Assembly: GCA_016210845.1 (NCBI GenBank)
Contig: JACQTK010000209.1
Location: 1-60,790, forward strand
DNA: 60,790 nucleotides
DNA from: Acidobacteriota bacterium
GTDB taxonomy: Bacteria > Acidobacteriota > Vicinamibacteria > Vicinamibacterales > UBA2999
Reading direction: 5' to 3'
Below are positions 36,067 to 44,001 of this stretch, one piece after another. A program made the translations under genes and the position numbers. The first letter of the stretch is position 1. Each line of letters opens with the position of its first letter. A model generated the notes under the pieces. The model saw nothing but the letters and a program-made list of their open reading frames with translations, was not told where the DNA came from and ran no database searches.

Positions 36067-36193
36067 GTTCGGGCGTCCGGCAGCGTGCGCGTTCGGGCGT
36101 CCGGCAGCGTGCGCGTTCGGGCGTCCTTCAGCGTGCGCGTTCGGGCGTCCTGTAGCGTGCGCGGGCGGGCGTCCTTCAGCGTGCGCGTGCGGC
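36059..36193. repeat. 24-nt tandem repeat, about 5.6 copies
   Basis: Units start at 36059, 36083, 36107, 36131, 36155 and 36179. The consensus is gcgtgcgcgttcgggcgtccNNNN with variable last 4 nt (ggca, ggca, ttca, tgta, ttca). It lies in a convergent intergenic spacer. Confidence 0.85.
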
Positions 36194-36200
36194 TTGCTGC

Positions 36201-36674
36201 CTACTGCTTGCTGACACTGATCGGCAGGTCCTTCGCGCCAATCGCCAGCGCCAGCAGGCCGCCGAGCACCGGAAGCCCGAACCCGTCGGTCAGGAAACCC
36301 CACTGCAGCAGGGTCCCGCTCGCGAAGTGGAAGTTCAGCACCATGACGAAGGCCAGCGCCGACGCGAGCCGCGTCCAGAAACCCGCGACGAGCGCCGCGC
36401 CGGTGGCCATCTCGGCGAGCGGCACGAGGCGCGCGAACAGCGGCAGTCCGGGCAGGGCGAGCGTCTCGATGTACCAGCGCACGGCCGGCGTGGCGCCCCG
36501 CAGGTACCGCTCGAAGCGCTGCGCCAGCGGCTCGCTGTCGGCAAGCCACGAGATCTTGTCGAGGCCCATGAAGAGGAAGAACACGCCGAGGAGCACGGCC
36601 AGCACGCGCATGCCTGCCGCGATCGCTCCTGCGGCGCCGCCTCCCGCCGCCCGCGGTCTCGCGTCGCCGGCCAT
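36201..36674 (-). CDS. DoxX family membrane protein
   Basis: ORF 36201..36770 trimmed to ATG 36674, which overlaps the cupin stop by 1 nt (TAATG). About 4 TM segments. Confidence 0.8.
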   Translation of the reverse strand: MAGDARPRAAGGGAAGAIAAGMRVLAVLLGVFFLFMGLDKISWLADSEPLAQRFERYLRGATPAVRWYIETLALPGLPLFARLVPLAEMATGAALVAGFWTRLASALAFVMVLNFHFASGTLLQWGFLTDGFGLPVLGGLLALAIGAKDLPISVSKQ

Positions 36675-37018
36675 TACCGCTCCCCGTCCCCCACCCAGTC
36701 GTGGCGGACGGGGCTGAAGACGTCGAGCTCGAAGGTATCCTCGAGCGCCTCGGCCTGGTGCGGCGCCCACGCGGGGATGTGCAGCACTTCCCCCTCGCGC
36801 ACGGTGATCTCTTCGCCGTCCACCAGCACCTTGAGCGCGCCCTGGAGGATGTAGGTCATCTGCTCGCTCTCGTGCGCGTGCATGGGCACCAGGGCGCCTC
36901 GCTTCAAGTAGATCTGCGCCAGCATCTCACGGTCGCCCGCGACGATCTTCTGCGAGATCATCTCCGTGATCTTCTCGAGCGCGATCTCGTCCCACCGGTG
37001 CAGGCGCGCGTTGGCCAT
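36674..37018 (-). CDS. cupin domain-containing protein
   Basis: 114 aa with cupin motifs PMHAHESEQMTYILQG and GEVLHIPAWAPH. Confidence 0.85.
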   Translation of the reverse strand: MANARLHRWDEIALEKITEMISQKIVAGDREMLAQIYLKRGALVPMHAHESEQMTYILQGALKVLVDGEEITVREGEVLHIPAWAPHQAEALEDTFELDVFSPVRHDWVGDGER

Positions 37019-37049
37019 ACGCTACCGATAGTGCCATAATCGGCTCCGT

Positions 37050-39203
37050 ATGAAGGGGTCCACCCTGGCCGGCGGCGCCGAGGCGCGCGCCGCCGGCCGA
37101 CGGACGCGGGGGGGCGAGCACGAGGGGGTGGCCCGGGACGAGCTGCTCACCGCCTATCGGACGATGCTCCTGTCGCGGAAGATCGACGACAAGGAGATTC
37201 AGCTCAAGAACCAGAGCCAGGCCTTCTTCCAGATCAGCGGCGCCGGCCACGAGGCCGTCCTCGTCGCCGCGGGCAGCCATCTGCGCGGCGGCTACGACTG
37301 GTTCTTCCCGTATTACCGCGACCGCGCGCTCTGCCTGGCCATCGGCGTCACCCCGCTCGAGATGTTCCTCTCGTCGGTGGGCGCCAAGGACGACCCCGCA
37401 TCCGGCGGACGGCAGATGCCGTCGCATTGGGGGCACACGCGGCTCCACCTCCCCTCTCAGAGCAGCGCCACGGGCACGCAGTGCCTGCACGCGGTCGGGT
37501 GCGCCGAGGCGGGGATGATTTACGAGCGCGTCTCCGCGATCCCGGGTCGCGAGTCGCGCTACCAGCCAGACGAGATCACCTACCTGTCGGTGGGCGACGG
37601 CGCGACGAGCGAAGGCGAGTTCTGGGAGTCGCTCAACACGACCTGCACAAAGAAGCTCCCGATCCTCTATCTCGTCGAGGACAACGGGTACGCCATCTCC
37701 GTGCCCGTGGAAGTGCAGACGCCAGGCGGCGACATCTCACGGCTCGTGGAGCACTTCCCCGGCCTTCGCGTGTTCCGCTGCGACGGCACCGACTACCTCG
37801 CGAGCTATCGCACGCTGCGCGAGGCCGTGGCGCACGTCCGCGAGCGGAAGGGGCCCGCCTTCGTGCACGCGACGGTCGTCCGCCCGTACTCGCATTCGCT
37901 CTCGGACGACGAGAAGCTGTACAAGACGGCGGCGGAGCGCGAGGCCGAGGCGCGGCGGGATCCGCTGGTCCGCATGCGCCGTTTCCTCACCTCCGAGGGC
38001 CTGGCCAGCGACGAGGACCTCGCCCGCCTTCAGGCCTCGGTCGAGCGCGAGGTGAGCGCCGCGGCCGACGAGGCGCTGAAGGCGGCAAAGCCCGAGCCCG
38101 AGACCGCGGCGCTCTACGTCTTCTCCCCGGACGTCGATCCCACCTCGGAGCAGTTCGAGGCGGAGCCGCAGCCGACTGGAGCACCCGACACGATGGTCGG
38201 GACGATCAACGCCACGCTGCGCGACGAGATGGCGCACGATCCGCGCATCGTCGTGTTCGGCGAGGACGTGGCGGACGCGAGCCGCGAAGAGGTGCTGGCC
38301 AGCGTGGCGGGCAAGGGCGGCGTGTTCAAGGTGACGCACGGCCTGCAGCGGCTCTATGGCAGCGATCGCGTGTTCAACTCCCCGCTCGCCGAAGCCAACA
38401 TCATCGGCCGCGGCGTGGGCATGGCGCTCCGCGGCCTGAAGCCGGTGGTCGAGATCCAGTTCTTCGACTACATCTGGCCCGCCTTCATGCAGCTCCGCGA
38501 CGAGATGGCGATGATGCGGTACCGGTCGAGCAACCACTGGTCGTGCCCGATGGTCGTCCGCGTGCCGATTGGCGGATACCTCCGCGGAGGCGCACCGTAT
38601 CACAGCCAGTCGGGCGTCGCGATCTTCGCGCACTCCCCGGGGATCCGCATCGCGTTTCCGTCGAACGCCCAGGACGCCGCGGGGCTCCTGCGGACGGCGA
38701 TCCGCGCCGACGACCCGGTGCTGTTCCTCGAGCACAAACACCTGTACCGGCAGCCGTACAACAAGAGCCCCTACCCCGGTCCCGACTATACGATTCCGTT
38801 CGGCAAGGCGGCCGTGGCCCGCGAGGGGACCGACGTGGTGGTTGTCACCTGGGGCGCCCTCGTCCACCGGACGCTGCTGGCCGCGCAGCAGGCGGAGCGC
38901 GACGGCATCGGCGTGGCCGTCCTCGACCTGCGGACCATCATTCCGTACGACTGGGACACGATTGCGGCGTACGTGCGCAAGACGAGCCGTGTGCTGGTCG
39001 CATACGAGGATCAGCTCACGTGCGGCTTCGGCGCCGAGATTGCGGCGCGCATCGCGGGCGAGCTCTTCGAGCACCTCGACGCGCCGGTCACGCGAGTGGG
39101 TGCGCTCGACTGTCCCGTGGCGTACGCGCCGGTGCTCGAGGAAACCATCCTGCCGAGCTCGGCCGACGTCCTCGAGGCTGTTCGCGCGCTCGCGGCGTAC
39201 TAG
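37050..39203 (+). CDS. thiamine-diphosphate-dependent 2-oxoacid dehydrogenase E1 component, fused alpha/beta subunits
   Basis: 717 aa. The N-terminal half is E1-alpha-like ([24 protein letters not shown]) and the C-terminal half E1-beta-like ([19 protein letters not shown]). No E2 or E3 gene is adjacent. Confidence 0.9.
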   Translation: MKGSTLAGGAEARAAGRRTRGGEHEGVARDELLTAYRTMLLSRKIDDKEIQLKNQSQAFFQISGAGHEAVLVAAGSHLRGGYDWFFPYYRDRALCLAIGVTPLEMFLSSVGAKDDPASGGRQMPSHWGHTRLHLPSQSSATGTQCLHAVGCAEAGMIYERVSAIPGRESRYQPDEITYLSVGDGATSEGEFWESLNTTCTKKLPILYLVEDNGYAISVPVEVQTPGGDISRLVEHFPGLRVFRCDGTDYLASYRTLREAVAHVRERKGPAFVHATVVRPYSHSLSDDEKLYKTAAEREAEARRDPLVRMRRFLTSEGLASDEDLARLQASVEREVSAAADEALKAAKPEPETAALYVFSPDVDPTSEQFEAEPQPTGAPDTMVGTINATLRDEMAHDPRIVVFGEDVADASREEVLASVAGKGGVFKVTHGLQRLYGSDRVFNSPLAEANIIGRGVGMALRGLKPVVEIQFFDYIWPAFMQLRDEMAMMRYRSSNHWSCPMVVRVPIGGYLRGGAPYHSQSGVAIFAHSPGIRIAFPSNAQDAAGLLRTAIRADDPVLFLEHKHLYRQPYNKSPYPGPDYTIPFGKAAVAREGTDVVVVTWGALVHRTLLAAQQAERDGIGVAVLDLRTIIPYDWDTIAAYVRKTSRVLVAYEDQLTCGFGAEIAARIAGELFEHLDAPVTRVGALDCPVAYAPVLEETILPSSADVLEAVRALAAY

Positions 39204-39214
39204 CGCCGTTCCCT

Positions 39215-40294
39215 ATGACCGGGACCATGTGTAGGGGCAGGCCCTGTGCCTGCCCAGGATGGGCAACCACGAGGGTTGCCCCTACCTGCATCGCTGTGGC
39301 TCTGTGGCTCGTCGCGGCCCTCGGCACGTCTGCCAGCGCCGCGCTGGACGTGGAGGTCCTGCGGGCCACAGGCGGACTGCCCCCGCACATCGTCGGCCAG
39401 TTCGAGGAGCCGCTCGCGTTCCAGCAGCGGCGCGGTGGACCGTATTACGTGTTCGACCGGCGGGGGCACACGGTTTACACGGTCGACGCTGCCAAGGACG
39501 CAGCGCGCAAGATCGTCGAGATCGGCCAGGAGCAGGGGCGCGTCCTGCAGCCCCGCGGCTTCGACACCAACCCGTATGGATGGTTCGTGGTGGCCGACGC
39601 GCCCGGTGGCCTCCAACGCGTGCAGATCTTCGGGCCTGGCGGAGTGTTCGTCAGAGCATTCCGCCTGCCGGACCCTCTGGCGCCGAGCATCACCGTCGGC
39701 ACGCTCGTGCTGAGCGGCCTTGGATCGATTCAGTATCCGGGGGAGAACCTGCTCATCGGCCATCCCGAGAGCGGCACGCTGTTCGCCGAGTATTCCGAGG
39801 CGGGCGTGGCGCTGCGCGGCATCGGCCGCCTGCGTCCGACCGGGTTCGAAGGGGATCGCGACGTGCACCTGGCCCTGAATGCAGGGCTGCCGTTGGCCGA
39901 TCCGACCGGCGGCTACTACTACGTCTTTCTCGGCGGCCGTCCCATGTTTCGCAAGTACGCCGCCGACGGACGGCTGCTGTTCGAGCGCCACATCGAGGGG
40001 CCGGAGCTCGACGAGACCATCGCCGTGCTGCCAACCGTGTGGCCGAGGCGCCGCGTCGAGGACCGCGAGCTGCCCTTCGTCCAGCCCACCGTCCGGGCAG
40101 CGGCCGTCGACGAGCGCGGCCGGCTCTGGGTGTCGCTGAGCGTTCCGTTCACCTACGTCTACGACGCACGCGGGGAGAAGATCCGCACCGTGCAGTTCCG
40201 CGCGGCAGGCCTCGTCAACCCCACGAGCCTGTTCTTCCCTGGTGACGGCCGCCTGCTCGTCACGCCCGGGTGCTACGAGTTCGATTCCCGCTGA
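39215..40294 (+). CDS. secreted NHL-repeat-like beta-propeller protein
   Basis: This is the C-terminal part of ORF 37427..40294. Has a signal-like IAVALWLVAALGTSASA and NHL-like repeats (VVADAPGGLQRVQIFGPGGVFVRAF). The start is uncertain because a palindromic element (39231-39285) occupies the first codons. Confidence 0.7.
   Translation: MTGTMCRGRPCACPGWATTRVAPTCIAVALWLVAALGTSASAALDVEVLRATGGLPPHIVGQFEEPLAFQQRRGGPYYVFDRRGHTVYTVDAAKDAARKIVEIGQEQGRVLQPRGFDTNPYGWFVVADAPGGLQRVQIFGPGGVFVRAFRLPDPLAPSITVGTLVLSGLGSIQYPGENLLIGHPESGTLFAEYSEAGVALRGIGRLRPTGFEGDRDVHLALNAGLPLADPTGGYYYVFLGGRPMFRKYAADGRLLFERHIEGPELDETIAVLPTVWPRRRVEDRELPFVQPTVRAAAVDERGRLWVSLSVPFTYVYDARGEKIRTVQFRAAGLVNPTSLFFPGDGRLLVTPGCYEFDSR
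39231..39285. repeat. palindromic element (GTAGGGG ... CCCCTAC outer stem with two inner hairpins)
   Basis: Inner hairpins gggcaggc-cctgt-gcctgccc (39235-39255) and gggcaacc-acgag-ggttgccc (39261-39281). Outer stem gtagggg / cccctac. Confidence 0.6.
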
Positions 40295-40302
40295 CGTCGG
40301 TC

Positions 40303-40563
40303 AAGAGCACAAAGACGACCTCGCCACAAAGCACACAAAGGCCACGAAGTATGCTTCAGTGGTTGACTGTCGCCACGCCGTTCGACTGGCCGCCGCAGGC
40401 GGCACGCGAGGGACGAGGCTGCGAAAGACACCGGCTTCGCACCATCCACGAGGTGTCTTTCGCAGCCTCGTCCCCCACGCGTTCGGCCTGCATGGCAGGC
40501 CGACCAGTCGAACGACGCTTCGTGGTCTTTGTGTGCTTCGTGGCTGATCCGTCTCCGTGTCCT
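40303..40563. repeat. long imperfect-hairpin element, CACGAAG family, copy A
   Basis: The 27-nt arms 40323-40349 / 40518-40544 are complementary at 25/27. A perfect 23-bp inner inverted repeat 40410-40432 / 40452-40474 surrounds a 19-nt loop. The core gccgttcgactggccgcc is shared with copy B. Confidence 0.75.
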
Positions 40564-40577
40564 TGAGGGCGCCTTGC

Positions 40578-41495
40578 ATGCTGAGCGCCTCCCAACTCAC
40601 GCGGACCTTCGATGGCCGCCTTGCCGTCGAGAACCTCTCATTCGCGCTGGCGCGAGGCGAGATCCTTGCACTGCTCGGACCGAACGGCGCGGGCAAGACC
40701 ACGACGCTGCGCATGCTGGCCGGTCTGATCCAGCCGTCGGCCGGCACCGTCCGCATCGACGGCGAGGAGATGTCGAGGGGCGCGGCGTCGCGGCTGCGGG
40801 GCCGCATCGGCTTTCTGACGGAGACGCCAGGGCTCTGGGACCGCCTGACCGTGCTCCAGAACCTCACCGTGTACGCGCGGCTGCACGGTCTCGAGGCGCC
40901 GCGACGCGCGGCCGATGCGGCACTCGACCTCTTCGGCATGCGCGACCGGGCGCGCGACGTCGCCGCGCAGCTGTCGAAGGGGCTCAAGCAGCGCGTCGCG
41001 CTGGCCCGCGCGCTGCTGCACGAGCCGGACATCGTCCTGCTGGATGAGCCGACGGCCGGCCTGGATCCCGAGAGCGCCCGCGACGTACGCGGGCTCGTGC
41101 GGCGGCTGCGGGAGCAGGGACGGGCGGTGCTGCTCTCGACCCACAACCTGGACGAGGTCGAGCGGGTGGCGGACCGGGTGGCCGTCATACGCACGCGCCT
41201 GGTGGCCGTGGATACGCCCGCGGCGCTGCGGGCGCGGCTGTTCGGCGCGCGGCTGCGCATCGTGGTCGCACAGCCCGCGGCCACCTTTGGCGCATCGCTC
41301 GAGGCCAGCGGCGTGCGGGACCTCGTCGCCGACGGCTCGACCCTCTCCATCGCCGTCGAGGATCCGGCGGCGGCGGCTCCAGCGATCGTCCGCACGCTCG
41401 TGGCATCGGGTGCCGACATCCAGTCCGTGGTCCACGACCGCCCGCCGCTCGAGGACGTCTATGTGCGTCTGTTGGAAGAAGAGCCGCAGTCATGA
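40578..41495 (+). CDS. ABC transporter ATP-binding protein
   Basis: ORF 40557..41495; ATG 40578 (MLSASQL) is preferred. Contains Walker A GPNGAGKTT, the signature LSKGLKQR and Walker B IVLLDEP. Confidence 0.93.
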   Translation: MLSASQLTRTFDGRLAVENLSFALARGEILALLGPNGAGKTTTLRMLAGLIQPSAGTVRIDGEEMSRGAASRLRGRIGFLTETPGLWDRLTVLQNLTVYARLHGLEAPRRAADAALDLFGMRDRARDVAAQLSKGLKQRVALARALLHEPDIVLLDEPTAGLDPESARDVRGLVRRLREQGRAVLLSTHNLDEVERVADRVAVIRTRLVAVDTPAALRARLFGARLRIVVAQPAATFGASLEASGVRDLVADGSTLSIAVEDPAAAAPAIVRTLVASGADIQSVVHDRPPLEDVYVRLLEEEPQS

Positions 41496-42295
41496 CGCGC
41501 ACGCTCGCACTGCTCGAAAAGGATCTGGCCGACCTTCGCCGGAATCCGTCGGTGTTCGTCCCCGCCGTCCTCACGGGCTTCTTCACCATCGTCCTGCCGT
41601 TCTTCGTGGCGATCGTCGTGCCGTACTTCACGGGAGAGCGGCTGTCGGAGTCGAGCGACTTCCAGGTCGCGCTCGAAATGTATCGCGCCCAGCCAGGCGC
41701 GCGGGCGCTCGATCCGGAGGGCGCCGTGCAGGCGTGGATCTTCCAGCAGTTCCTGATCCTGCTCGTTCTGGCGCCGATTGCGGGCTCGATGTCGGTGGCC
41801 GCCTACAGCGTGATCGGCGAGAAGCAGGCGCGGACGCTCGAGCCCTTGCTCGCGACGCCGATCACGACGTTCGAGCTGTTGACCGCGAAGGTCCTCGCCT
41901 CACTCGCCCCCGCGGTGGTGCTGACCGCCGTGTGCTTCGGCGTCTACGTCGTGGGCGCGGCGCTGGCCGCGCGGCCCGGGGTCTACGCTGTACTGCTGAC
42001 GGCGCGGCCGCTGACCGTCGTGTTCCTGCTCGGCCCGCTCGCGGCATTGGCGGCGCTGCAGCTGGCCGTGTGCGTCTCCTCCCGCGTGAACGATCCGCGC
42101 AGCGCGCAGCAGCTCGGCGTGCTCGTCATCCTGCCTGTCGCGGGCCTGCTGGTGGCGCAGATCGTCGGCAGCCTGGTGCTGACGCTCCCGCTCGTCGTCT
42201 GCATCGCCCTGCTGCTCCTGGGCGTCAATGCTGGCCTGATGCTCATCGCCATCAGGCTGTTCGACCGGGAGTCGATCCTGACGCGGTGGAAGTGA
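41492..42295 (+). CDS. ABC-2 type transporter permease
   Basis: 267 aa with about 6 TM segments. Has a 4-nt overlap with the ATPase gene. Confidence 0.8.
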   Translation: MTRTLALLEKDLADLRRNPSVFVPAVLTGFFTIVLPFFVAIVVPYFTGERLSESSDFQVALEMYRAQPGARALDPEGAVQAWIFQQFLILLVLAPIAGSMSVAAYSVIGEKQARTLEPLLATPITTFELLTAKVLASLAPAVVLTAVCFGVYVVGAALAARPGVYAVLLTARPLTVVFLLGPLAALAALQLAVCVSSRVNDPRSAQQLGVLVILPVAGLLVAQIVGSLVLTLPLVVCIALLLLGVNAGLMLIAIRLFDRESILTRWK

Positions 42296-42325
42296 AGCCC
42301 GTCCCTCCGCTACACTCGATGGCCT

Positions 42326-42709
42326 ATGTTCGTTGCGACGATGGCCCTTGCCGCCCTCGGGCTCGTTCAGCAGCCCGCAAGTCAGGCCCCAACACCCGAG
42401 CTTGCGACCATCAGTGCGCGTCTCGGCCCGTGTTCCGCCGATTTCACCGTGAAGGATGCCGACGGCACACCCGTCTACGCCGCCATTGTCCACGTCAGAA
42501 TCCGATACGGCTTCCTGAGCCTCAAGCGGATGGACCTCGAAGTCGGCACGAACTCCGACGGCAAGGCGCGCGTCGAAGGATTGCCGAGCAGAGCCAGGCC
42601 ACTGACCTACGACGTCTCGAAAGGCGACCTCAAAGCCAGGGCGGAACAGGACCTCTCCATCATCTGCCGCGCGGTATACGACGTGACGCTCGAGCGAGAG
42701 ACGACTTGA
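42326..42709 (+). CDS. small secreted protein, CarboxypepD_reg-like beta-sandwich
   Basis: 127 aa with a signal-like N-terminus. The pattern FTVKDADGTPV..A.V....SDGKARVEGLP is typical of carboxypeptidase-regulatory-like domains. Confidence 0.6.
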   Translation: MFVATMALAALGLVQQPASQAPTPELATISARLGPCSADFTVKDADGTPVYAAIVHVRIRYGFLSLKRMDLEVGTNSDGKARVEGLPSRARPLTYDVSKGDLKARAEQDLSIICRAVYDVTLERETT

Positions 42710-42754
42710 TGCTCGAGTGACGGAAATCGAGCAGGCTCGCAGGCTTCATGTAAG

Positions 42755-43327
42755 ATGCAGCGTGTGGCGACACGGGTGCTGTTCTCGCCGAGGATTCATC
42801 GCGTGGCTGCGGCGGTTCCCGACCTGGCCCTCCTGAACGGTGTCGTGGCTCCCGAAATCCTGGACGCCATGCAGTCCGCATCGTCTCAACTCACCCGGGC
42901 AGGCGTGCGGCATGCGCTGGTGGGCGCCCTCGCCGTCGGCGCCTGGGGCTATCCGAGGGCCAGCAAGGACGTCGATTTCCTGGTGGGCGACGAGGCGTTC
43001 GAGCAGCACGAAGGAGGGATTGTCACCATGGCTCCGGGAGTTCCGATCGGCGCCGGAGGCGTCCCGATCGACCATCTCGGCATCCTTCCACACGAACGTC
43101 ACCTCGAGGAGGCGCTCCGACAGCCCGTCGTGAGCAGGGATCTGCCGATCGCCCCGCTCGATGCGTTGATCTATCTCAAGCTGAAGTCCCCACGCCGGCG
43201 CGACGAGGCGGACATCGTCGAGATCCTTCGCGTCAACGATCCAGGACCGGTCCGAGCCTATCTCGAGCGACACGCACCCGACGTGCTGGCAAAGTTCGAT
43301 GCGCTCGCCGCAGAAGCGCAGGGTTGA
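42755..43327 (+). CDS. minimal nucleotidyltransferase-fold protein (MNT/AbiEii-like)
   Basis: 190 aa. The motif HALVGALAVGAWGYPRASKDVDFLV fits the G-x-A...G..R.S.D.D pattern of Pol-beta-superfamily NTases. The C-terminal LDALIYLKLKSPRRRDEADI is also typical. The true start may be downstream of 42755. Confidence 0.65.
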   Translation: MQRVATRVLFSPRIHRVAAAVPDLALLNGVVAPEILDAMQSASSQLTRAGVRHALVGALAVGAWGYPRASKDVDFLVGDEAFEQHEGGIVTMAPGVPIGAGGVPIDHLGILPHERHLEEALRQPVVSRDLPIAPLDALIYLKLKSPRRRDEADIVEILRVNDPGPVRAYLERHAPDVLAKFDALAAEAQG

Positions 43328-43332
43328 ACGTC

Positions 43333-43917
43333 ATGGTGAGAACAGCTTCCACGATGCTCGAGCTTGGCACGCAGGCGCCGGAGTTCAACCTCCCCGACGT
43401 CGTCTCGGGCCGCATGGTCTCGCTGGGAACCTTCGAGGCGGACAAGGCGCTGCTCGTGATGTTCATCTGCCGCCACTGCCCGTACGTGAAGCACGTGAGG
43501 TACGAGCTGGCGCGGCTGGGCGCCGACTACGGCGGGCGCGGCGTCGGCATCGTGGCCATCAGCTCGAACGACGCCGCGGAGTTCTCCGACGACGCGCCGG
43601 AGAGTCTCAAGGAGATGGCGGCCGAGTTGAGGTTCACGTTTCCCTTCTGCTACGACGAGAGCCAGGACGCGGCCAAGGCCTACGCCGCGGCGTGTACGCC
43701 CGACTTCTACGTGTTCGATCGGGCGCGGCGGCTGGTGTATCGAGGGCAGCTCGACGACAGCCGCCCTGGGAATGACAGGCCCGTGACCGGCGCCGACCTC
43801 CGTGCCGCGCTCGATGCCGTGCTGGCGGACCGTTCCGTCCGCTCCGATCAGCACGCGAGCATGGGCTGCGACATCAAGTGGAAGCGGGGCAACGAGCCGC
43901 GGTACTTCGGAGGATAG
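43333..43917 (+). CDS. thioredoxin-fold protein, PRX_like1 type (CxxC)
   Basis: ORF 43324..43917; ATG 43333 is preferred, 5 nt after the NTase stop. Contains the motif FICRHCPYVKH plus APEF..PD..G..V.L of the redoxin fold. Confidence 0.85.
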   Translation: MVRTASTMLELGTQAPEFNLPDVVSGRMVSLGTFEADKALLVMFICRHCPYVKHVRYELARLGADYGGRGVGIVAISSNDAAEFSDDAPESLKEMAAELRFTFPFCYDESQDAAKAYAAACTPDFYVFDRARRLVYRGQLDDSRPGNDRPVTGADLRAALDAVLADRSVRSDQHASMGCDIKWKRGNEPRYFGG

Positions 43918-43949
43918 AGGATAGAAGAGGAGGACGTCGCCTTTCCTGA

Positions 43950-43992
43950 CTTGTAGCTACAAGGCCTTTGTACTACGAAGACTTCGTAGTAC
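43950..43992. promoter_or_regulatory. two perfect palindromes upstream of the ATPase gene (candidate operator/promoter)
   Basis: cttgtagctacaag (43950-43963) and gtactacgaag-a-cttcgtagtac (43970-43992) lie in a locally AT-rich spacer. TACTAT (43990-43995) lies 6 nt before GTG 44002. Confidence 0.4.
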
Positions 43993-44001
43993 TATGGCTT
44001 C

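Noticed and set aside
36059-36193. Possible CRISPR array.
   Set aside because: The repeats are directly adjacent 24-nt units with no spacers, and no cas genes are present. It is a tandem minisatellite derived from a palindromic element.
37427-39214. N-terminal 596 codons of the 955-aa ORF 37427..40294.
   Set aside because: This stretch is an alternative frame of the E1 dehydrogenase gene. Only the part after about 39215 has a signal peptide and NHL-like repeats.
40268-40292. tRNA T-arm-like sequence gagttcgattccc.
   Set aside because: It lies inside the last codons (CYEFDSR) of the propeller gene. I could not build acceptor, D or anticodon arms around it.
40301-41419. 372-aa Ser/Arg/Ala-rich minus-strand ORF, and the 601-aa plus-strand ORF 40915..42720.
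   Set aside because: They overlap the ABC ATPase and permease genes, which have Walker and signature motifs and TM helices. Their composition is typical of wrong frames.
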